From Ylistrum balloti (lineage: Eukaryota): a stretch of 64,000 bases of DNA. The position numbers and the translations under genes were made by a program. The stretch lies in assembly GCF_031769215.1 (NCBI RefSeq), contig NW_026782599.1, forward strand, positions 124,001 through 188,000, given 5' to 3'. Under the pieces are notes generated by a model, which was not told the origin of the DNA, did no database searches, and saw only the letters and a list, made by a program, of their open reading frames with translations. Below are positions 11,101-23,800 of this stretch, one piece after another; the first letter of the stretch is position 1; each line of letters starts with the position of its first letter.

Positions 11101-14100
11101 TATCAGACACATGAGGTAAGTCTTCTGTAATAGTCAGACACTATCAGACACATGAGGTAAGTCTTCTATCAGACACATGAGGTAAGTCTTCTGTAATAGT
11201 CAGACACTATCAGACACATGAGTTCAGTCTTCTGTAGTAGTCAGACACTATAAGACACATGAGTTCAGTCTTCTGTAGTAGTCAGACACTATCAGACACA
11301 TGGGTTCAGTCTTCTGTAATAGTCAGACATTATCAGACACATGAGGTAAGTCTTCTGTAATAGTCAGACACTATCAGACACGTTAGTTCAGTCTTCTGTA
11401 ATAGCCAGACACTATCAGACACATCAGGTAAGTCTTCTGTAATAGTCAGACACTGTCAGACACATGAGTTCAGTCTTCTAAAATTGTCAGACACCATTAG
11501 TCATATGAGTGAAATTGTCAGTGAATTTCAATTAAGCAAAATATTATACTAATACCATCTGATCTGCTAATTGCTTTTGGCAATCAGATTACAAATACAA
11601 CAAGTGAATACCTGGAAAAGAGTTGATATTGTCTGGAGTAGGAGAGACTGGTTCATCAAGATACCACTTATGATACAGATGTTTCGCTGCAGGAAGCGTT
11701 TTCCTTTGTTGTAAATAAAACAGTGTCAATAATGTCCAGGTGGTACCATGAGGTAAGGGGTTAAGTCCTTCTCTACACAGATCATTAGAAGATGCCCAAA
11801 ATTTGATGATTCGCACGAGGGAGCAGAATCGATCATCCAATAAACTCATAGAATATAACATCTCGGAGTTGGCTGTAGGATCATTGTTCCTAGAAATAAA
11901 GGAATCTATTATAACACTTTATCACACTTTGAAAACCAAACTGATGTTCGGGTAGTGAAAAGACTGACAACAATTTAAGTAATGAACATACAATGTATAT
12001 GAAGACCACATACAATGGTTAATTTCAAAATTTTACACCTTTGCAGTCTCTTCCAAAAAAAGTGCTAGCATTCACAAAGGAAACCTCTAAACAGAGAAAT
12101 AAAGATTCAAACAAAATGTATCAATAAAGACTTATTTTTGATAAGTTAAAATGTCAATCACATGAACATAATTGGTAACCCTTCAATCCAGCATGTCATG
12201 AGCTGTTTATCAGCACCCTGGGCCTTTTGGTCACTTAAAAGAAGTCGGTTAAAGATTTTTTTTACATATTTGACACCTGCGACCTAGAAAGTATGTCAAG
12301 GTCAATAATATGAACAAAAATTGGTAGCCCTTCTTCCCAGCTAGCTACAGACCCATTTTCAGCAACTTGGGCCTTTTGGCTATTGAGAAGAAGTTTTTTA
12401 AAAGATTTTGACACATTTGACCCCTGTGACATGGAAAGTGGGTCAAGGTTATTCATGTAGCCCTTCATCCAATCAGGCTACATGCCCTATATCAGCACCC
12501 TGGGCCATTTGGTTATTGAGAAGAATTCCACATATTTGATCACTGTGAAGTTGAATTAGGATCAAGATCAATCCCTTGAACTAAAGGCCCATGGCCCCTA
12601 ACAGCCATCACTTAAAGCACATTTGGTATTATTACAACTCCCTCATAAAATTTCAAATCAAATTTAGGTGAAATCTACCCTAGCATTAAAAAGGAGTAGT
12701 GTTTGAAGTAATATATTGTCTAACTTCCAATTCTGGGGACCTGCACCTAGGTCCCTAGGGGTTGAATCAAGTTTCTTAATTTAAGAAATAATTACCCACC
12801 AGCAATGATGTTTGGGACCAAATTTTGTTGAAATTAACCTTGACATGAAGAAGGAGCAGTGCTTTGATTAAAAAGTTATCTAACTTCCAATTTCAGGGCC
12901 CCAACCCCAGGTCCTTAGATGTTGCATCAACTTTCTGAATGTATGAAATGATTCCCCATTCCAACTGATATTTCAGACAAAACTTGAATGAAATACATTC
13001 AAGCATTAAGGGGAAGTAGTGTTTTGAAGCAAAATATTGTGGGCCCCACCCAAAGGTCACTAGAGTTTGAATCAACTTTCTGAATTTTAGAAATGATTCT
13101 TGACCCCTAATGATGTTTCGGTTCAAATCTGGTTGAAATATGCAAAAGACCAGCAAGTTGCAAGCCAATATGAAATTCAAGAACTATCCATCCATTTTCC
13201 TCTCCAGAATAAGTAAAAAAAAAAGAATTGTTAAAGGAAAGATGGATAACAGACAGCAGACAGAGAGCAATTCAAGCAGCCTTCCATCTGATAATGATGA
13301 GCTCAAAAGAATTGACTTGTATTTTTTCTGTTATGTGAAATTAAATTCACACATTTTATTATTCTATCACTAAAGAAATATTGTTCTATTAACATTACAT
13401 GTAAAGTAAACTTGTAAACTCACTCTTGTCTAAAAGTTTCATGGATGGAAATGTCACAACTGATGTTTGAGGCAAGGTGTAGAACCTTGAGGATTGGCAT
13501 TCTAGCATGGGGTAGATAAAGTTCCACGTGGAGTGATCTGACATTCCTCAGTTGTGTTGCGAGCTTGTAACACATATTTGTCTAGAAAAGAAAAACATGA
13601 AATGCTGAACCATAACAAGAGACTAATGGGCCTAAATTATCATCTGACTATAATGACCTACATAACAGCAGTAATGGTATTTAATCAATTAATTTAATTT
13701 TTGTAAAGTAAAAACCATAGAGTTAGGGAAACAGGTCGTAACTATCTAGAAATGGAAGTAATGAAATATTTCTTATCATAATTATTATAGTTTTACAATA
13801 CTTAACACTTTGTTGTACACCATGAAAATATTCCACAGGTTATTTAATAACTTTTCTTTACACTTCACTATGTTCGGAGTCATTGATATACTGTAAACTT
13901 ATTCATTTTAGAACAACCAAATTTTTAAGCAATATCAATTTTGAACATATCAACTCCACAATGAATTTTCAAATTTGCAATAATTAATATTTAAGCTATC
14001 AACTTCAGCACAAAAAGCACCAAAACAAGATTAGCATTAAAATGAAATTTTACAAACTTTATCAGAATTTTTAGGAGACATAATGAAAGTAGGCTATAAG

Positions 14101-17100
14101 CTTCTATGTCCATATCAATACTTAACTATACATGAAACAAGATATTGTTCATCAATACCTCCAGTGCTAATTCCTTGAATTAAATTAACCTCAACATCTT
14201 GTTTAATTTTCCAATGTCAATCTAGTAAAACTTCAAACTTTCTGACTGTAGTATCATTTAAGAAATATTGGGGCAATCTGTTCCACAAACTTAACATTTT
14301 GCGGCAGAAGAATACTTGTCACTTTTACATTTGTTTTGTCCACTTTAAATGACATTACGCTTCTGTCTGTACTTCACAAACAATTTTCTATTATCATACA
14401 GTTCATAAAGATGTTACTCTTCAATATTTTGAGAAAGAAAGGAATTAATTTCATGTTTTGCTGTTCTGAATGTTTTTTATACAGTGAAACATAATTGTTC
14501 GAGAAAAACATATTTCAGTACACTTAAAAAAATTAACATAAATCAAGTTCCTGGGTATACCAACTAAAGCAGAGATAGTATTATCCTTAAACTACGTTAT
14601 CATTCTCTTGGATTTTTATTTTGGTTTGAAAACTCCACGCATAATCCTCTACCATGAAATTTAATATTAATATTACAAAGAAGTTTTTGTCTTTTGTCGA
14701 GGTGTAAGTAGATGTTATCATCAACAAACACGTTGAAATCATCTTTAATCTTCCCATTTTGGGTTGATATTTTCAGTCAAGCAACCAAACTCTTGTAAAA
14801 TTCACCACTCTGAATCAGTACAATTCAGCATGACTTCAACTAAATACTGACTGACATGGTCCAGATTTGTCATACTGTCGTTTAAAAATTCCTAATGCAA
14901 AGATCCTTAGTTATTCCTACTACAAGGTTTGTAAGGATTAAGACTTTTAATAAATTGATGAAATTTGAAATCTAATTTCACAACTAATTCAAAATTGACA
15001 TACCTGGTCAGTTAACAAAGTGATATCCAAATCAGCACCCTTAAGTCCGAGGTTAGTGACGGACGATCCATGTATATCTACTAAAAGCTGAGGGTAATTC
15101 TTCTTCAATGTCTTATGGACCTCATTGAAAACCATAAAGTAGAGGATATGATCACCAACTTCTTGTTTCAGTGAACTGTCTAGAATTTCCAGTTGTAGAT
15201 TTACCTGAAAGGACAAGCTCTGTATTATTCATATTGACCAATGATAAAGTAAGACTTTGACATCATGTGGTTTTATTTCACATTATTTCACATTCAAAAT
15301 ATGCATATTCTTCAGACTATGCAAGCATTCACAGTGGTCTGTGTGCCGAAAGAGTAGAGATACCACTGACTTCCTAAATTATTGCATCACTGTAGGCTGA
15401 AATACGGCATGATGAAAAGTCATGGCTAAAACCCTTTAATATCAATAATCTCTGTTGAGCGCATTGCTAAACCTGGTAATACATGTATGCAAATATTAAA
15501 ATTGAAACACCTTAAGCATAACATAAAATGAATGTGCTTCCACCACTGTGCTGAAAAGGAGTGAATTCACTTAAGTTGAAGAATCATTTCAGTCTATTTA
15601 ATTCCTATAATGTTCCAAATCATTCACATTCCACTGGTATAAATGATTATAAATATTCAATCTAATCATTGGTTACATGCATCACCACTGCCACAACCAA
15701 GTATTTTAATCGTATGTAAGCATACTTGCTGTACTAATAATTTCCCAGTGATGGACATTAAAAAATCTTTAACTAGACTTTGTGGGTCTCATTCGACATC
15801 AGCATCATAAATTCTGGAGAATGAGCCTTGCTTCATCAGTTACACAAGTTATGTCCCAAAGTACATTCCTAAATATGAGTTATTCTTTAATTGCATTTTG
15901 CATTAAGTCAATAATGAAATGTAGGTCAAATTCTGTCTTTGTAACATAAATATAGGACAACAAACTTCAGCTCACTTCATTAGTCATGCAATATAATCTC
16001 TGTTGCTCTAACATAAAGTCTTCAAGATACAGCATGGACAAATCTGAATATGGTTCAAACAGATACAAAGTTCATGTATTAATTCATTGAAGGATAAACT
16101 TTATTTTTAGAAGTAGGGTACTTACATTTTTCATTTGCCTCAGACGCGTGAACACTCTATAATGAGGCAAATTTCCAACCTTTAGCAAACCAGTAAATCT
16201 GCCTTTCTTAGAAAGCCATTGGCATCCCATTTCGTTTCTACCTTTCAGTATCACATATGAGTTATTTTCCTGCCAGTAAAAAAGAATGTGATACAATGAA
16301 AGTTCACATAACAGTATGTAATACCAATTAATTATGTAATCTACAGTGAGTGTGTAGATGTGTGGGCTCCATCTCATAGCTCATTGTCATGTGTGATGTT
16401 GTCATTTTGTAATACTGGTTACCTTTTTTGAAATCTTCTTGAAAGGTAGAAGAGTAAGTATTGTAAAAATTATACTTTTAATATGATGTCTGTAGAAAAT
16501 ATTAAGATTCTCTCTACAAACTTTCAAGAATTTGGTGGTTTTTATTAACATTATGAAGGTTTCTACTTATTTGAAAAATAAAATCCATAGCATATACTGT
16601 ATTCAAGATATGTGCCTCTTGGTTATTGAAAAAATCCAATTTAAAGACTTTGACATAATTGAATACTGTGACCTTGAAAAAGGAGTCAAGGTCTTTTATA
16701 TTGACAACCTTGATAGCCAATGACCAGAGCTTACTAAATACAAAATATAAAGGCTCCAGACCTTGTGGATCTTGAGTTTTTCAAAGTTTGTTTCCTATAA
16801 TAGCAATTTTCAAATTTGACCCCTATCGAGCACTGGAAGTTGAATTTACAGACAAGGTTTTATTAATGCATTCAACAGCAATCCATCACAGTAAGCTAAT
16901 GACAAAAGATTCCTTACTATCCATAACCTGAAGCATGGCCACAGTATCAAACTCATTTTTATGGACTCAATATTTAACAACAGATACAAATAGTTTTCAC
17001 TTAGTTTCTTTATATGCACAACAACTTATACTCACAAAAACTCTGTCCACATTTCTCAGTAATTTTTTGTCCACCTTACGGAGTTCACTATGTGATATTG

Positions 17101-18255
17101 CATATCGTTCCTCTGCAGTCATTATTCTGTTTTTAATCATTTCCCTATATGACATTTCATTTCCATGCATTTCTTTCGATATTTCCTTTTCCCGACATGG
17201 TTGTTGAATTTTGTTTGATATAGCAGTGTTTGTCTTTTGTTTTCCTTGTATGTCCACTTCATCTTTAACAACATCCTGTCTTTTTTTCCACACATCATTT
17301 TGGTGATTAGCTGTGAATGAAATGAAGAATGATGTACATAATATGTCATGTTAATTAGCGGAGGTATATTGTTCTATTTATATACTCTTTCTAGAAAATG
17401 TAAAATCAATCCCACAAAGCACACATATATACATGTACTCATTTATTTCCACATACAGTTGTTCTATAACATACAATAATAGTGCTCACCCTAAAATATA
17501 TGACACAAGATGGCTTCAGGACACATTACTTACCACTAAATAGCTCCAACCATAACGAAATAACACCAAAAATTTTTATTTTTATTCAAACCACACTGAA
17601 CTAAACCTAAACTGATCTTTCGTTGTTTAGTCGCTAGTCATTAAAATTAAGATTGTTACGTAAATACTATTTAATCGTTAAAAACAATGATTGTTTTCTG
17701 TTATCGTGAAACATTAACATGCATATTTAAAATTTAAAATTTGAATATATATAGAGTAATAACGATTTTATTGAAATATCAATAATCAGAAGAATTGTTT
17801 TTTAATATTTAAAAAAATCGCGATGTTGGGTATTGTACTCCGGACAAGGTAACTCCCGTCACTAACAGCAATATTATAGGTTAACTACGGCGAGACACTA
17901 TTGACATTATCGCTAATGAAATCAGTCCGACTAAGATATCTCTAACAGGAGTCCCCTGTCCCCTAAAGGGCTGGCAGAAACAAGTAGTATATTTATCGGA
18001 ATGCACAACCCGAGAATTACAAATGACACCCGTTCAAATCGAAGAGGTCTAGAAGCTTGCATACAGTATAGAACCGGTATAAGGGTAAGGTCAAGTAAGG
18101 CTTTGTAAGTGATACAACACTTGCTATGTAAGACACCAACCTGTTTTCAAATCATATGCACTAGAACTTTTAATCAACAGTGCCTTCATAGATGATCTTT
18201 TCCTTATAAACAGTTTGTTCAAATTGACAAGACCACTACACATGGTCGCTGCCAT
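8196..18255 (-). CDS. Non-canonical poly(A) polymerase / terminal nucleotidyltransferase, MTPAP/TUT1 family (most MTPAP-like at the N-terminus)
   Basis: Phase-consistent GT-AG exons: 18255-18141 (MAATMCSGLVNLNKLFIRKRSSMKALLIKSS, presequence-like), 17310-17036, [16437-16423, 16269-16242, 16043-15976 tentative], 15204-15004 (catalytic HGSSVTNLGLKGADLDITL), 14891-14856 (tentative), 13581-13424 (ARMPILKVLHLASNISCDISI), 11889-11612 (DDRFCSLVRIIKFWA...TWTLLTLFYLQQ), 10121-10056, 9548-about 9221 (ELLKGFCDYY..., PAP-associated IPLELKHCCHQNVAKNV). It then either stops at 9208 or continues through 9134-9071, 8785-8700, 8589-8448 and 8273-8196. Core family call is strong; the microexons and the 3' end are less certain. 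Confidence 0.8.
10205..11480. repeat. 41-bp minisatellite, about 31 copies (GTAAGTCTTCTGTAATAGTCAGACACTATCAGACACATGAG), intronic
   Basis: AGTCTTCTG recurs at 10501 and 10542 (period 41). Variant units have GAGTTCAGT in place of GAGGTAAGT. Confidence 0.95.
12190..13310 (+). mobile_element. Degenerate Helentron/HINE-like non-autonomous repeat (intronic)
   Basis: Internally repeated motifs (CAGCACCCTGGGCC.TTTGG; TAACTTCCAATT...GGG.CC; AATTTGG) and a GGATAACAGACAGCAGACAG...GATGAGCTCAAAA 3' end of the type seen in bivalve HINE elements. Family assignment is by recognition only. Confidence 0.4.
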
Positions 18256-18314
18256 TTTGAATCGTACTAAATTTCTAATATAGAAATCTGAAATCGGATT
18301 CCAACTTTCCGGAA
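18251..18314. promoter_or_regulatory. Candidate proximal promoter motifs of the poly(A) polymerase gene (YY1-like and ETS-like)
   Basis: GCCATTTTG at 18251-18259 (CAAAATGGC on the minus strand, overlapping the ATG) and CCGGAA at 18309-18314. Motif match only. Confidence 0.3.
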
Positions 18315-18531
18315 ATGTTTCATCAAGTCGCTCTGTTGCAAGAGCTGTCTTGAAGCTCTGGGGCGTACACAGAGCTTTCTAGTAGCTGATTCCAGTCAAT
18401 AATATTTTTGGACAAAATAGAATTAGTAAAAAAAGAAAAAAACACAATATATTTCATACATTCTCTTTATTATTAAGATATTTATATAACTAAGCCCGTG
18501 CAAAATGTATCAATAAATTTGAAAAAAAAAA

Positions 18532-18532
<1 letters not shown>

Positions 18533-18602
<70 letters not shown>
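18533..18602. repeat. (CA)n microsatellite
   Basis: Direct reading. Confidence 0.97.
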
Positions 18603-18605
<3 letters not shown>

Positions 18606-18879
18606 TATACATTACACAAGTGCGATCTCTTATTGAGGAAACAGAGTATAAATTCCTTATCTGTTTTACAGTATAAAAGACTCTTTCAGTATGTATAATC
18701 CTTACAAAAGCACATCCTTGCTTTAAAGTGTACCCTCTTTGTTACTGGCTGGTGATATCTTATCAAATAAAATATAAACACGTTAATTTTATCATTTACT
18801 GCGTTTCAGTAATAATGAAAGACAGATTTAATAGAAAATGAAAAGGTATTAAGTAAATTTGCAGTTATTTATGTTCCAA

Positions 18880-19889
18880 TCACTCGCAAATTAAAAACTA
18901 ACCTTTCTAGTCCTTGGCAATTACCTTTTTATAACATGTAGTATCTGATCTACCGTAGACCGGAAAAATCAAGAAAATCCAATTTGCATATTTAAATAAC
19001 TCATTTAAATATGTTGTACAATTTGGACATAGTGACGTTCAAATGTTCCATTTTGAGACAAAGACACTCCCACCTTCCTCCCTTAGGTGTATTTCTCATA
19101 TTGTTTTTTCTGAAGTCGTATATGTTGATGTAGAGTAATTAGTATACATGATGCTGTTCCACTTAAAATTCAATGCAACAAATAAATGCAACCTATTTAG
19201 AGGTGTTCAAGTTTAAAAAACAACTACGTAGCAATATTTTCGCAAAAAATAAAAGGAAAAATAAAATTGAAACATGGGGAAAATTTTAATCTAATGGGTT
19301 CTGGTGTAGTGAATCTGTTTTACATACGTTCAATATACGTTACCTTTCTCATGATACACGATGAAAAAGAAAAGGTAACACATACATCTAATGCTCTTTT
19401 CACTCGCAAATTAAAAACTAACCTTTCTAGTCCTTGTGTATAACATTTTCTATAATATATAGTTTTTGATCAAGCGAAGACCGGAAAGATGGAGTAAAAT
19501 CCAATTTTCATATTCAAATAACTCATTTAAATATGTTGTACAATTTGGACATATAGACGTTCTAAATGTCCTCTTTTGTGACAGACTCTCTCCCACCGTC
19601 CTCTCTTAAGTATTTTTCTCATATTGGTCTCATGAAATCGGCTATGTGGGTATAGCGTTATTAGCATACACGGTTCTGATTGACTTAAAATTCAATGCAA
19701 CCTATAAAAGCAACCTATCAAAAGGTATTCACATTTAAAATAACCGGCTACGAAGCAACATTTTCGCAAAAAATTAAAAGGAAAAATCAAGCTAAAATAT
19801 GGGGAGATTTTGAAGCTAATGGGTTCTGGTGTAGTGAATCTGTTTTACATGCGTTCAATATACGTTACCTTTCTCATGATACACAATGA
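18880..19889. repeat. Diverged tandem duplication of an approximately 490-520 bp unit (18880-19364 and 19400-19889)
   Basis: Both copies start TCACTCGCAAATTAAAAACTAACCTTTCTAGTCCTTG and end ATATACGTTACCTTTCTCATGATACAC, with colinear similarity between. Confidence 0.9.
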
Positions 19890-20872
19890 TATCATCTAAA
19901 CATAGTTAAAAACAATTAGTTGAACGAGTGTGGAAACCGAATTTAATTGTCACAATTTACAAAATGGAATACTCGACATTACTTTGCTGTCTGATTCCGT
20001 TAATGTTCTCAAAGTGGCGTATTTTGAAAGGAATGGTTTCAAAACGAAGCCAAGTGTGATTTTCCTGGCAAGCCTGGGTTGTCACATGAACAAAGCCCTC
20101 AAAGGCAGTGTTCTCTTTCTCCCTATATTCCTAATCGCTGTTAAAAAGTGGAACGTGCTAAGTCCGTTACACAAGTTTGTGTCAAGAGGAAAATTGATTT
20201 TAAAACGATTTTCTTCAAATATCGAGTTTTTGTAGTATTGAACTTAGGGTGATGATTAAGCTATAAATAGCTCAAACATGCGTGTTACTGTAAAAAAAAA
20301 TCTTAATTTAAATGTTATGTAATAGTAAGAACCGTAAGTAGAATTTGCTTGCTGTTGCTTTACGAAGTCAGATATAAACATTCTCTTATCTCTCTATTAC
20401 ACCAGGGATGTAAAACACGTCCTTGAAACTCATGCAATCACGCTATTTGTCCAATTTCGATTTATTAAGTGTTGTTAGATTGACCTGCACATGCAGTCGC
20501 TGGTCTCATCTAGTTGACAGTAATTCAAACTATGCGGAAAACTTGTTTGAAGTGAGTCAATATAACTTAAATTCCATTTCCATATATGGGCATTACCAAC
20601 TTAAGAAAGTAGACTAAAATAGTCGATTAGGGTTTGATGTATTAACAATAAAGGATATCTTTGTTTATAATTAGTTGGTTTGTCACATCTATGATATAAG
20701 TTATGAAGCTTGACTGTAAGAAATTTTATATTCTTACCAGTTACTGTGTTTAAGACGATGTGTATCATATCATTTATCTATCGACTAGTTTATATTTTGT
20801 AAACAGAATTCGTAAATACCCATAATACACCTTTTGACGGAAGTAGAGTTTACAGGAAGTGAAGGATTCAAG

Positions 20873-23800
20873 ATGGTAAGGGGAAAAGAAGAGATACTCT
20901 TTCGTTATTTATCAGTTCTATGATTTATCAATTTTGCTTTTCTTTTATTGTATGAATATTAATTTTATGTAATGTCTGCATTGTTTTCTCTTTTCAGTCT
21001 CAGATGACAGAAGATCAGTTGTCGGGTAAGTTCAACAAAGACCTTGGCTCATCCCTAGACGGGTGTGTCCGAAAATAGTGCGAAGCTTATTCATCAAAGG
21101 CTTATCTTTTTTTAAAGATATGAAGTCGTGATGCTATAGATTTGAAGCAAGTTTTCCGCTATTTCTTAATTAATAATGAGACGATTTTTATGAGAGTTTT
21201 CCCTCGGACCATAAGAGCTCGTCTTCATACTCAGAATTTTGATATGGAAACCTACAGTTAGCTACCTTCAGCTCAGGCTTCACTTACATGTACAAATCGA
21301 TTATATGTGTAACACATGTCAATACTAAGTACAGTATACCGCTCGGCTAGTTAAAATTCTGTTTAGCTCGAGCAGTCGAGCATCATACTACAAAGCCAGA
21401 GGTCCAAGGTTCGAATCTTTGCGGATGCACTGAAGTAAATAATGATCACTAGATCTGTTGCATTGGCGCCCAAAGACATGGGAGTAATGCTTAGCATCCC
21501 TGTAACCCCAGGAAACTTGATGATGAGTCATATCTCAAAGGGGTATTTAACCATGGTAAAATTCCAGCTGCAATATACAGCTTGGAAAAGGAAAGCAAAT
21601 CTTTTAACTCAATTGGTTAGGGTTAGTAAGCAGGAAGCCCCCAGTTTGAATCCTATGAGAGGCATTGAAATAAAGAAAACTGAAATACTTTCATGATTGA
21701 TACAAGTGTGTTTGTCTTTAATACATATATACATATGCCATGAACCAATTATATCTTTTGATGACTTGTGGCATTTTATATAGTGCAGACAAGATATATA
21801 AAATGGGAACAAAACTCTGGTGGTATGATATCCAATAATATAGAAAACTGGTCTTATTACCATAATGAACATATATATTTTGTTTATTACTTTGAAGTAT
21901 CTAGACAACGTTCAGTTAAGATGAAATATGTGTGTTTCTTTGATACAGAAATTCAAGAAACATTCAACATCTTTGATCAGAAGGGAGATGGAAAGATTGC
22001 TGCCTCACAACTAGGGGATGTTTTGAGGGCACTCGGTCAAAATCCAACAGAGCATGAAGTCAAGAAGTGTGGCTACAGCAGTAATCCAGGTACCACAATA
22101 ATCCATGTAATGTGCACAATTTTTCTTTTTGGAGAAAATGAAAGGTCCAAAATTTTATTATTTTTCCCGTGGAAAAATCCAAGGTTTTGTGAGGCTGTGA
22201 TTTTTGACTGTCGATTATAATATGATTATGTTTTGAAATACTCGCATGTTGAACTGCTAAGAAATTAACAGGTCTCATTTTTATCTTTATTTATTTTTCA
22301 AGTTTTTATTTAAAGTTGCTTATATTGTGGCTTTAAGTCCTTAACTATTTTTCAAACTGTCTTTTACAATTTATGCACATATTCAATAAACAATGTATTT
22401 TAACATGTTAAACATATATTTTTACTTAATATTCAAATATTTTTTTTTTTCATTTCTGATTCTTTTTTGTGCTTTTTGAGTTAGTTGTTTAGGAGAATTG
22501 AAGGAAAATTCACACCACGTCATTCTACAGAATGTTAGATTCTTTACAGATTTTGGTAAAAATTCATACAAAAAGTCATCTGTGAGAAAACATTAAACTA
22601 GTTTGTACTTACTTGAGAATCAAACATTCAAAGTCACCAATAATTTTGTCCACTTTTTAATTTAATCCCACAATGACACTGCATGGAAACATATCAGTGT
22701 AGTTTGTTTAGGTTATTCGGGGATGTCTATTGCTAATTTAATGCTTATGTTTACATTTTGTGTATCAAAATACGCCTTTTGTTTTCATTGATTTCAAAGT
22801 TTACAGACAACATTCAGTTTGTTGACCTAAAAGAACTATCTTTGAACAGCCTTTTGTACCAATCTTTCTGATAACACGGAATCAAAACCAACTATATAAT
22901 TATATACACAGTATTCATTTATCCTTTGCTAAATAAAAATTTTTAATGATTTCATAAAAGAAAACCACAAGTATGACAAAGATTAGCATTAAGATCACAT
23001 TTCAAACATACTTTTCTTGGTAGTATTTAAAAACGCACGAAATTCAAGCCCAGTTTGAAATTTGTTCCTATCACTGTGCATGCCAGAGACTATAACATTA
23101 TCAGTGTATGATGAAAATTTATAAAGGTTACAGAGTTAGATACCATGGTAACTGTAAATATTCAAACACAAATGACTGTTTTATTTCAGATGCCAGGGTT
23201 TCATTTGAGGTTTTCATCCCTATCCTGCAGACCATCAGTAAGAACAGAGACCAAGCTACGCTAGAAGATTACATTGAGGGCCTGAAAATGTTTGATAAGG
23301 ACCAGAATGGATTTATCTCATCTGCAGAGTTGCGTCATATACTTACCTCCCTTGGTAAGACATATAGAAAAGCAGATCAATAACCTAACAATTGTATATC
23401 CACTTGTTAACGCCCATCTGATCAATGATTTGAAGATGGAGTAGTATCCCAGTCCTGACTATCTGTATACAGATATGGACACAGTTACAACTCGTATTAA
23501 ATTTACAGTATTTGCAGATTTCTGTATGGTCCTGTAGGTACAAGTTGCTTGAAAAAAAAAGATAGAGATTGTATTAGGACATGTCAAGATTAGAAAGGGA
23601 AAAATGAAGCTTGTAAAGAATTGCAAAATGCAAAACCGTCGGCTCTAGAAAAAAGACTGTAATAAGAAAAATATTCATGGGAAATTTATGAGTAAACGTG
23701 TGTGTGTAATTTCAAGTATTGACCATACCTCCTATAAAACTGAATTGATTCAGACTTGAAAGAGATGTTTAAAAATGAAAAAAAGGAAAAACATTTAGAA

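Noticed and set aside
21768-21948. N-terminal extension of the 150-aa ORF 21768-22220
   Set aside because: Intronic read-through. The real light chain exon is 21949-22089 and the ORF's tail is also intron.
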